DNA of 64,000 nucleotides from Eledone cirrhosa (lineage: Eukaryota): contig OZ024741.1 in the NCBI GenBank assembly GCA_964016885.1, positions 246,078,001 through 246,142,000 of the forward strand, read 5' to 3'. This document shows, one piece after another, positions 1 to 11,200 of this stretch (positions within the stretch are counted from its first letter, which is position 1; each line of letters opens with the position of its first letter). The translations under genes and the position numbers were made by a program. The notes beneath the pieces were generated by a model. That model had not been told where the DNA came from. It saw only the letters and a list, made by a program, of their open reading frames with translations, and did not search any database.

Positions 1-2280
1 ATTATCTTCCCTTGGCTGGCGGGAAATTACCTCCCCTTGGACGGCTGGAAATTATCTGCCCTTGATTTTCTTTTTACAAATTATCTTCCACTGATTTTTT
101 TTACAAATTATCTCCACCTGATTTTTTAAAAAATTATCTCCCCTTGGAAGGCTGGAAATTATCTCCCCTTGGACGGCTAGAAATTATCTCTCTTTGGACG
201 GCTGGAAATTATCACCCCTTGAGTTTTTTACAAATTATCTCCCCCTGATTTTTTTTACAAATCTCCCAGTGATTTTTTAAAAAAAATTATCTCCCCTTCG
301 CTGGCTGGAAATTATCTCCCCTTGGACGCTGGAAATTATAGCCCTTTGGAGGGCTGGAAATTATCTTCCCTTGGACGGCTGGAAATTATCTCCCCTTGAT
401 TTTTTTTACAAATTATCTCCCCCTGATTTTTTTTTACAAATTATCTCCCCCTGATGTTTTTTTACAACTTATCTGCGCCTGATTTTTTTAAAAAAAATAT
501 CTCCCCTTGGACGGCTGGAAATTATCTCCCCTTGGACGGCTGGAAATTATCTCTCCTTGGACGGCTAGAATTTACCTCTCCTTGGACGGCTGAAAATTAT
601 CTCCCCTTGAACGGCTGGAAATTATCTCCCCTTGATTTTTTTTACAAATTATCTCCCCCTTTTTTTTTTTTACAAATTATCTCCCCCTGATTTTTTTTTA
701 CAAATTATCTCCCCCTGATTTTTTTTTACAAATTATCTCCCCCTGATTTTTTTTACAAATTATCTCCCCCCTGATTTTTTTACAAATTATCTCCCCTTGG
801 CTGGTTGGAAATTATCTCCCCTTGGAGGCTGGAACTTATCTCCCCTTGGACGGCTAGAAATTACCTCTCCTTGGACGGCTGGAAAATATGTCTCCTTGGA
901 CGGCTGGATATTATCTCCCCTTGGACGGCTGGAAATTATCTCCCCTTGGACGGCTGGAAATTATATCTCCTTGGACGGCTAGAATTTACCTCTCCTTGGA
1001 CGGCTGAAAATTATCTCCCCTTGGACGGCTGGAAATTATCTCCCCTTGATTTTTTTTACAAATTATCTCCCCCTGATTTTTTTTTACAAATTATCTCCCC
1101 CTGATTTTTTTTTACAAATTATCTCCCCCTGATTTTTTTTTACAAATTATCTCCCCCTGATTTTTTTACAAATTATCTCCCCTTGGCTGGCTGGAAATTA
1201 TCTCCCCTTGGAGGCTGGAACTTATCTCCACTTGGACGGCTAGAAATTACCTCTCCTTGGACGGCTGGAAAATATGTCTCCTTGGACGGCTGGATATTAT
1301 CTCCCCTTGGACGGCTGGAAATTATCTCCCCTTGGACGGCTGGAAATTATCTCCCCTTGGATGGCTAGATATTACCTCCCCTTGGACGGCTGGAAATTAT
1401 CTTCCCTTGATTTTTTTTACAAATTATCTCCCCCTGATTTTTGTTTACAAATTATCTCCCCCTGATTTTTTTTTACAAATTATCTCCCCTTGGACGGCTG
1501 GAAATTATCTCCCCTTGGACGGCTAGAAATTACCTCTCCTTGGACGGCTGAAAATTATCTCCCCTTGGACGGCTGGAAATTATCTCCCCTTGATTTTTTT
1601 ACAAATTATCTCCCCGATTTTTTTTTACAAATTATCTACCCCTGATTTTTTTTACAAATTATCTCCCCCTGATTTTTTTTACAAATTATCTCCCCCTGAT
1701 TTTTTTTTTACAAATTATCTCCCCCTGATTTTTTTACAAATTATCTCCCCCTGATTTTTTTACAAATTATCTCCGCCGGATTTTTTTAAATATTATCTTC
1801 CCTTGGCTTGCGGGAAATTATCTCCCCTTGGACGGCTGAAAATTATCTCCCCTTGGACGGCTGGAAATTATCTCCCCTTGATTTTTTTTACAAATTATCT
1901 CCCCCTGATTTTTTTTTACAAATTATCTCCCCCTGATTTTTTTTACAAATTATCTCCCCCTGATTTTTTTTTACAAATTATCTCCCCCTGATTTTTTTTA
2001 CAAATTATCTCCCCCTGATTTTTTTTTACAAATTATCTCCCCCTGATTTTTTTACAAATTATCTCCCCCTGATTTTTTTTACAAATTATCTCCGCCTGAT
2101 TTTTTAAAATATTATCTTCCCTTGGCTGGCGGGAAATTATCTCCCCTTGGACGGCTGGAAATTATCTGCCCTTGATTTTCTTTTTACAAATTAACTTCCA
2201 CTGATTTTTTTTACAAATTATCTCCACCTGATTTTTTTAAAAATTATCTCCCCTTGGAAGGCTGGAAATTATCTCCCCTT
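1..2280 (+). repeat. Segment duplicated at ~6531-8893 (offset 6.50-6.61 kb) and again at ~22153-24510
   Basis: Private variants GCCCTTTGG (341/6871/~22493), TTGAACGG (~608/7138/22760) and CCACTTGG (~1228/7729/23351) recur in order. ORF-track offsets are 454->6984, 797->7326, 1183->7684 and 1803->8389. Confidence 0.9.
784..1032 (+). repeat. Representative type-A run (10 monomers of 25 bp, one 24-bp variant)
   Basis: Direct count of AAATTATCTCCCCTTGGACGGCTGG-like units between flanking B units. Confidence 0.93.
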
Positions 2281-5200
2281 CATTTTTTCTACAAATTATC
2301 TCCCCCTGATTTTTTTTTACAAATTATCTCCCCCTGATTTTTTTTTACAAATTATCTCCCCCTGATTTTTTTTTACAAATTATCTCCCCCTGATTTTTTT
2401 ACAAATTATCTCCCCTTGGCTGGCTGGAAATTATCTCCCCTTGGAGGCTGGAACTTATCTCCCCTTGGACGGCTAGAAATTACCTCTCCTTGGACGGCTG
2501 GAAAATATGTCTCCTTGGACGGCTGGATATTATCTCCCCTTGGACGGCTGGAAATTATCTCCCCTTGGACGGCTGGAAATTATCTCCCCTTGGATGGCTA
2601 GATATTACCTCCCCTTGGACGGCTGGAAATTATCTCCCCTTGATTTTTTTTACAAATTATCTCCCCCTGATTTTTTTTTACAAACTATCTCCCCCTGATT
2701 TTTTTTTACAAATTATCTCCCCCTGATTTTTGTTTACAAATTATCTCCGCCTGATTTTTTTTAAAAAATTATCTCCCCTTGGACGGCTGGAAATTATCTC
2801 CCCTTGGACGGCTAGAAATTACCTCTCCTTGGACGGCTGAAAATTATCTCCCCTTGGACGGCTGGAAATTATCTCCCCTTGATTTTTTTACAAATTATCT
2901 CCCCCTGATTTTTTTTTTACAAATTATCTCCCCCTGATTTTTTTTTACAAATTATCTACCCCTGATTTTTTTTTACAAATTATCTCCCCCTGATTTTTTT
3001 TTACAAATTATCTACCCCTGATTTTTTTTACAAATTATCTCCCCCTGATTTTTTTTACAAATTATCTCCCCCTGATTTTTTTTTTACAAATTATCTCCCC
3101 CTGATTTTTTTACAAATTATCTCCCCCTGATTTTTTTTACAAATTATCTCCGCCGGATTTTTTTAAATATTATCTTCCCTTGGCTTGCGGGAAATTATCT
3201 CCCCTTGGACGGCTGAAAATTATCTCCCCTTGGACGGCTGGAAATTATCTCCCCTTGATTTTTTTTACAAAGTATCTCCCCCTGATTTTTTTTTACAAAT
3301 TATCTCCCCCTGATTTTTTTTACAAATTATCTCCCCCTGATTTTTTTTTACAAATTATCTCCGCCTGATTTTTTAAAATATTATCTTCCCTTGGCTGGCG
3401 GGAAATTATCTCCCCTTGGACGGCTGGAAATTATCTGCCCTTGATTTTCTTTTTACAAATTAACTTCCACTGATTTTTTTTACAAATTATCTCCACCTGA
3501 TTTTTTTAAAAATTATCTCCCCTTGGAAGGCTGGAAATTATCTCCCCTTGGCTGGAAATTATCTCCCCTTGGACGGCTAGAAATTATCTCTCTTTGGACG
3601 GCTGGAAATTATCACCCCTTGAGTTTTTTACAAATTATCTCCCCCTGATTTTTTTTACAAATCTCCCAGTGATTTTTAAAAAAAAATTATCTTCCCTTCG
3701 CTGGCTGGAAATTATCTCCCCTTGGACGCTGGAAATTATAGCCCCTTGGAGGGCTGGAAATTATCTTCCCTTGGACGGCTGGAAATTATCTCCCCTTGAT
3801 TTTTTTTACAAATTATCTCCCCCTGATTTTTTTTACAAATTATCTCCCCCTGATTTTTTTTACAAATTATCTACCCCTGATTTTTTTTTACAAATTATCT
3901 CCCCCTGATTTTTTTACAAATTATCTCCCCTTGGCTGGCTGGAAATTATCTCCCCTTGGAGGCTGGAACTTATCTCCCCTTGGACGGCTAGAAATTACCT
4001 CTCCTTGGACGGCTGGAAAATATGTCTCCTTGGACGGCTGGATATTATCTCCCCTTGGACGGCTGGAAATTATCTCCCCTTGGACGGCTGGAAATTATCT
4101 CCCCTTGGATGGCTAGATATTACCTCCCCTTGGACGGCTGGAAATTATCTCCCCTTGATTTTTTTTACAAATTATCTCCCCCTGATTTTTTTTTACAAAT
4201 TATCTCCCCCTGATTTTTTTTTACAAATTATCTCCCCCTGATTTTTGTTTACAAATTATCTCCGCCTGATTTTTTTTTTTAAATTATCTCCCCTTGGACC
4301 GCTGGAAATTATCTCCCCTTGGACGGCTAGAAATTACCTCTCCTTGGACGGCTGAAAATTATCTCCCCTTGGACGGCTGGAAATTATCTCCCCTTGATTT
4401 TTTTTACAAATTATCTCCCCCTGATTTTTTTTTACAAATTATCTCCCCCTGATTTTTTTTACAAATTATCTCCCCCTGATTTTTTTTTACAAATTATCTC
4501 CCCCTGATTTTTTTTACAAATTATCTCCCCCTGATTTTTTTTACAAATTATCTCCCCCTGATTTTTTTTACAAATTATCTCCCCCTGATTTTTTTACAAA
4601 TTATCTCCCCCTGATTTTTTTTACAAATTATCTCCGCCTGATTTTTAAAAATATTATCTTCCCTTGGCTGGCGGGAAATTATCTCCCCTTGGACGGCTGG
4701 AAATTATCTGCCCTTGATTTTCTTTTTACAAATTAACTTCCACTGATTTTTTTTACAAATTATCTCCACCTGATTTTTTTAAAAATTATCTCCCCTTGGA
4801 AGGCTGGAAATTATCTCCCCTTGGCTGGAAATTATCTCCCCTTGGACGGCTAGAAATTATCTCTCTTTGGACGGCTGGAAATTATCACCCCTTGAGTTTT
4901 TTACAAATTATCTCCCCCTGATTTTTTTTACAAATCTCCCAGTGATTTTTAAAAAAAAATTATCTTCCCTTCGCTGGCTGGAAATTATCTCCCCTTGGAC
5001 GCTGGAAATTATAGCCCCTTGGAGGGCTGGAAATTATCTTCCCTTGGACGGCTGGAAATTATCTCCCCTTGATTTTTTTTACAAATTATCTCCCCCTGAT
5101 TTTTTTTTACAAATTATCTCCCCCTGATTTTTTTTTACAACTTATCTGCGCCTGATTTTTTTTAAAAAATTATCTCCCCTTGGACGGCTGGAAATTATCT

Positions 5201-8200
5201 CCCCTTGGACGGCTGGAAATTATCTCTCCTTGGACGGCTAGAATTTACCTCTCCTTGGACGGCTGAAAATTATCTCCCCTTGGACGGCTGGAAATTATCT
5301 CCCCTTGATTTTTTTTACAAATTATCTCCCCCTGATTTTTTTTTACAAATTATCTCCCCCTGATTTTTTTTACAAATTATCTCCCCCTGATTTTTTTTAC
5401 AAATTATCTCCCCCTGATTTTTTTTTACAAATTATCTCCCCCTGATTTTTTTTTTACAAATTATCTCCGCCTGATTTTTTTTTTAAAATTACCTCCCCTT
5501 GGACGGCTGGAAATTATCTCCCCTTGGACGGCTGGAAATTATCTCCCCTTGGACGGCTAGAAATTATCTCTCCTTGGACGGCTGAAAATTATCTCCCCTT
5601 GGACGGCTGCAAATTATCTCCCCTTGATTTTTTTTACAAATTATCTCCCCCTGATTTTTTTTACAAATTATCTCCCCCTGATTTTTTTTACAAATTATCT
5701 ACCCCTGATTTTTTTTACAAATTATCTCCCCCTGATTTTTTTTTACAAATTATCTCCCCCTGATTTCTTTTTACAAATTATCTCCCCCTGATTTTTTTTT
5801 TACAAATTATCTCCCCCTGATTTTTTTACAAAGTATCTCCCCCTGATTTTTTTTACAATCTCCGCCTGATTTTTTTAAAAATTATCTTCCCTTGGCTGGC
5901 GGGAAATTATCTCCCCTTGGACGGCTGGAAATTATCTCCCCTTGGAAGGATGGAAATTATCTCCCCTTGGACGGCTGGAAATTATCTCCCCTTGCACGGC
6001 TGGAAATTATCTCCCCTTGGCTGGAAATTATCTCCCCTTGGACGGCTAGAAATTATCTCTCTTTGGACGGCTGGAAATTATCTCCCTTTGATTTTTTTTA
6101 CAAATTATCTCCCTCTGATTTTTTTTACAAATCTCCCCCTGATTTTTTTAAAAAAATTATCTCCCCTTCGCTGGCTGGAAATTATCTTCCCTTGGACGGC
6201 TGGAAATTATCTCCCCTTGATTTTTTTTACAAATTATCTCCGCCTGATTTTTTTTTTAAATTATCTCTCCTTGGACGGCTGGAAATTATCTCCCCTTGAT
6301 TTTTTTTACAAATAATCTCCCCCTGATTTTTTTTTATAAATTATCTCCCCCTGATTTTTTTTTACAAATTATCTACCCCTGATTTTTTTTTACAAATTAT
6401 CTCCCCCTGATTTTTTTTACAAATTATCTCCCCCTGATTTTTCTTTTACAAATTATCTCCCCCTGATTTTTTTACAAATTATCTCCCCCTGATTTTTTTT
6501 ACAAATTGTCTCCGCCTGATTTTTTTAAATATTATCTTCCCTTGGCTGGCGGGAAATTACCTCCCCTTGGACGGCTGGAAATTATCTGCCCTTGATTTTC
6601 TTTTTACAAATTATCTTCCACTGATTTTTTTTACAAATTATCTCCACCTGATTTTTTAAAAAATTATCTCCCCTTGGAAGGCTGGAAATTATCTCCCCTT
6701 GGACGGCTAGAAATTATCTCTCTTTGGACGGCTGGAAATTATCACCCCTTGAGTTTTTTACAAATTATCTCCCCCTGATTTTTTTTACAAATCTCCCAGT
6801 GATTTTTTAAAAAAAATTATCTCCCCTTCGCTGGCTGGAAATTATCTCCCCTTGGACGCTGGAAATTATAGCCCTTTGGAGGGCTGGAAATTATCTTCCC
6901 TTGGACGGCTGGAAATTATCTCCCCTTGATTTTTTTTACAAATTATCTCCCCCTGATTTTTTTTTACAAATTATCTCCCCCTGATGTTTTTTTACAACTT
7001 ATCTGCGCCTGATTTTTTTAAAAAAATTATCTCCCCTTGGACGGCTGGAAATTATCTCCCCTTGGACGGCTGGAAATTATCTCTCCTTGGACGGCTAGAA
7101 TTTACCTCTCCTTGGACGGCTGAAAATTATCTCCCCTTGAACGGCTGGAAATTATCTCCCCTTGATTTTTTTTACAAATTATCTCCCCCTTTTTTTTTTT
7201 ACAAATTATCTCCCCCTGATTTTTTTTTACAAATTATCTCCCCCTGATTTTTTTTTACAAATTATCTCCCCCTGATTTTTTTTACAAATTATCTCCCCCC
7301 TGATTTTTTTACAAATTATCTCCCCTTGGCTGGTTGGAAATTATCTCCCCTTGGAGGCTGGAACTTATCTCCCCTTGGACGGCTAGAAATTACCTCTCCT
7401 TGGACGGCTGGAAAATATGTCTCCTTGGACGGCTGGATATTATCTCCCCTTGGACGGCTGGAAATTATCTCCCCTTGGACGGCTGGAAATTATATCTCCT
7501 TGGACGGCTAGAATTTACCTCTCCTTGGACGGCTGAAAATTATCTCCCCTTGGACGGCTGGAAATTATCTCCCCTTGATTTTTTTTACAAATTATCTCCC
7601 CCTGATTTTTTTTTACAAATTATCTCCCCCTGATTTTTTTTTACAAATTATCTCCCCCTGATTTTTTTACAAATTATCTCCCCTTGGCTGGCTGGAAATT
7701 ATCTCCCCTTGGAGGCTGGAACTTATCTCCACTTGGACGGCTAGAAATTACCTCTCCTTGGACGGCTGGAAAATATGTCTCCTTGGACGGCTGGATATTA
7801 TCTCCCCTTGGACGGCTGGAAATTATCTCCCCTTGGACGGCTGGAAATTATCTCCCCTTGGATGGCTAGATATTACCTCCCCTTGGACGGCTGGAAATTA
7901 TCTTCCCTTGATTTTTTTTACAAATTATCTCCCCCTGATTTTTGTTTACAAATTATCTCCCCCTGATTTTTTTTTACAAATTATCTCCCCTTGGACGGCT
8001 GGAAATTATCTCCCCTTGGACGGCTAGAAATTACCTCTCCTTGGACGGCTGAAAATTATCTCCCCTTGGACGGCTGGAAATTATCTCCCCTTGATTTTTT
8101 TACAAATTATCTCCCCCTGATTTTTTTTTTACAAATTATCTCCCCCTGATTTTTTTTTACAAATTATCTACCCCTGATTTTTTTTTACAAATTATCTCCC

Positions 8201-11200
8201 CGATTTTTTTTTACAAATTATCTAACCCTGATTTTTTTTACAAATTATCTCCCCCTGATTTTTTTTACAAACTATCTCCCCCTGATTTTTTTTTTACAAA
8301 TTATCTCCCCCTGATTTTTTTACAAATTATCTCCCCCTGATTTTTTTACAAATTATCTCCGCCGGATTTTTTTAAATATTATCTTCCCTTGGCTTGCGGG
8401 AAATTATCTCCCCTTGGACGGCTGAAAATTATCTCCCCTTGGACGGCTGGAAATTATCTCCCCTTGATTTTTTTTACAAATTATCTCCCCCTGATTTTTT
8501 TTTACAAATTATCTCCCCCTGATTTTTTTTACAAATTATCTCCCCCTGATTTTTTTTTACAAATTATCTCCCCCTGATTTTTTTTACAAATTATCTCCCC
8601 CTGATTTTTTTTACAAATTATCTCCCCCTGATTTTTTTTTACAAATTATCTCCCCCTGATTTTTTTACAAATTATCTCCCCCTGATTTTTTTTACAAATT
8701 ATCTCCGCCTGATTTTTTAAAATATTATCTTCCCTTGGCTGGCGGGAAATTATCTCCCCTTGGACGGCTGGAAATTATCTGCCCTTGATTTTCTTTTTAC
8801 AAATTAACTTCCACTGATTTTTTTTACAAATTATCTCCACCTGATTTTTTTAAAAATTATCTCCCCTTGGAAGGCTGGAAATTATCTCCCCTTGGCTGGA
8901 AATTATCTCCCCTTGGACGGCTAGAAATTATCTCTCTTTGGACGGCTGGAAATTATCACCCCTTGAGTTTTTTACAAATTATCTCCCCCTGATTTTTTTT
9001 ACAAATCTCCCAGTGATTTTTAAAAAAAAATTATCTTCCCTTCGCTGGCTGGAAATTATCTCCCCTTGGACGCTGGAAATTATAGCCCCTTGGAGGGCTG
9101 GAAATTATCTTCCCTTGGACGGCTGGAAATTATCTCCCCTTGATTTTTTTTACAAATTATCTCCCCCTGATTTTTTTTTACAAATTATCTCCCCCTGATT
9201 TTTTTTTACAACTTATCTGCGCCTGATTTTTTTAAAAAAATTATCTCCCCTTGGACGGCTGGAAATTATCTCCCCTTGGACGGCTGGAAATTATCTCTCC
9301 TTGGACGGCTAGAATTTACCTCTCCTTGGACGGCTGAAAATTATCTCCCCTTGGACGGCTGGAAATTATCTCCCCTTGATTTTTTTTACAAATTATCTCC
9401 CCCTGATTTTTTTTTACAAATTATCTCCCCCTGATTTTTTTTTACAAATTATCTCCCCCTGATTTTTTTTTACAAATTATCTCCCCCTGATTTTTTTTTA
9501 CAAATTATCTCCCCCTGATTTTTTTTTACAAATTATCTCCCCCTGATTTTTTTTTACAAATTATCTCCCCCTGATTTTTTTTTACAAATTATCTCCGCCT
9601 GATTTTTTTTTAAAAAATTACCTCCCCTTGGACGGCTGGAAATTATCTCCCCTTGGACGGCTGGAAATTATCTCCCCTTGGACGGCTAGAAATTATCTCT
9701 CCTTGGACGGCTGAAAATTATCTCCCCTTGGACGGCTGCAAATTATCTCCCCTTGATTTTTTTTACAAATTATCTCCCCCTGATTTTTTTTACAAATTAT
9801 CTCCCCCTGATTTTTTTTACAAATTATCTACCCCTGATTTTTTTTACAAATTATCTCCCCCTGATTTTTTTTTACAAATTATCTCCCCCTGATTTTTTTT
9901 TACAAATTATCTCCCCCTGATTTTTCTTTTACAAATTATCTCCCCCTGATTTTTTTACAAAGTATCTCCCCCTGATTTTTTTTACAATCTCCGCCTGATT
10001 TTTTTAAAAATTATCTTCCCTTGGCTGGCGGGAAATTATCTCCCCTTGGACGGCTGGAAATTATCTCCCCTTGGAAGGATGGAAATTATCTACCCTTGGA
10101 CGGCTGGAAATTATCTCCCCTTGCACGGCTGGAAATTATCTCCCCTTGGACGGATAGATATTACCTCCCCTTGGACGGCTGGAAATTATCTCCCCTTGAT
10201 TTTTTTACAAATTATCTCCCCCTGATTTATTTTACAAATCTCCCAATGATTTTTAAAAAAAAATTATCTCCCCTTCGCTGGCTGGAAATTATCTCCCCTT
10301 GGACGCTGGAAATTATAGCCCCTTGGAGGGCTGGAAATTATCTTCCCTTGGACGGCTGGAAATTATCTCCCCTTGATTTTTTTTACAAATTATCTCCCCC
10401 TGATTTTTTTTACAAATTATCTCCCCCTGATTTTTTTTACAAATTATCTACCCCTGATTTTTTTTACAAATTATCTCCCCCTGATTTTTTTTTACAAATT
10501 ATCTCCCCCTGATTTTTTTTTACAAATTATCTCCCCCTGATTTTTTTACAAATTATCTCCCCCTGATTTTTTTTACAATCTCCGCCTGATTTTTTTAAAA
10601 ATTATCTTCCCTTGGCTGGCTGGAAATTATCTCCCCTTGGACACTGGAAATTATAGCCCCTTGGAGGGCTGGAAATTATCTTCCCTTGGACGGCTGGAAA
10701 TTATCTCCCCTTGATTTTTTTTACAAATTATCTCCGCCTGATTTTTTTTTACAAATTATCTCCCCCTGATTTTTTTTTACAAATTATCTACCCCTGATTT
10801 TTTTTTACAAATTATCTCCCCCTGATTTTTTTTACAAATTATCTCCCCCTGATTTTTCTTTTACAAATTATCTCCCCCTGATTTTTTTACAAATTATCTC
10901 CCCCTGATTTTTTTTACAAATTATCTCCGCCTGATTTTTTTAAATATTATCTTCCCTTGGCTGGCGGGAAATTATCTCCCCTTGGACGGCTGGAAATTAT
11001 CTGCCCTTGATTTTCTTTTTACAAATTATCTTCCACTGATTTTTTTTACAAATTATCTCCACCTGATTTTTTAAAAAATTATCTCCCCTTGGAAGGCTGG
11101 AAATTATCTCCCCTTGGACGGCTGGAAATTATCTCCCCTTGGACGGCTAGAAATTATCTCTCCTTGGACGGCTGAAAATTATCTCCCCTTGGACGGCTGC

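Noticed and set aside
1033-1169. Poly-T tracts as intrinsic or Pol III terminators
   Set aside because: There is no preceding GC hairpin or upstream gene; the tracts are simply part of monomer B.
2131-2146. GGGAAATTATCTCCC as an NF-kB site or hairpin
   Set aside because: Spacing does not fit the 10-bp kB consensus, the stem is only 4 bp, and it occurs only in one boundary variant.
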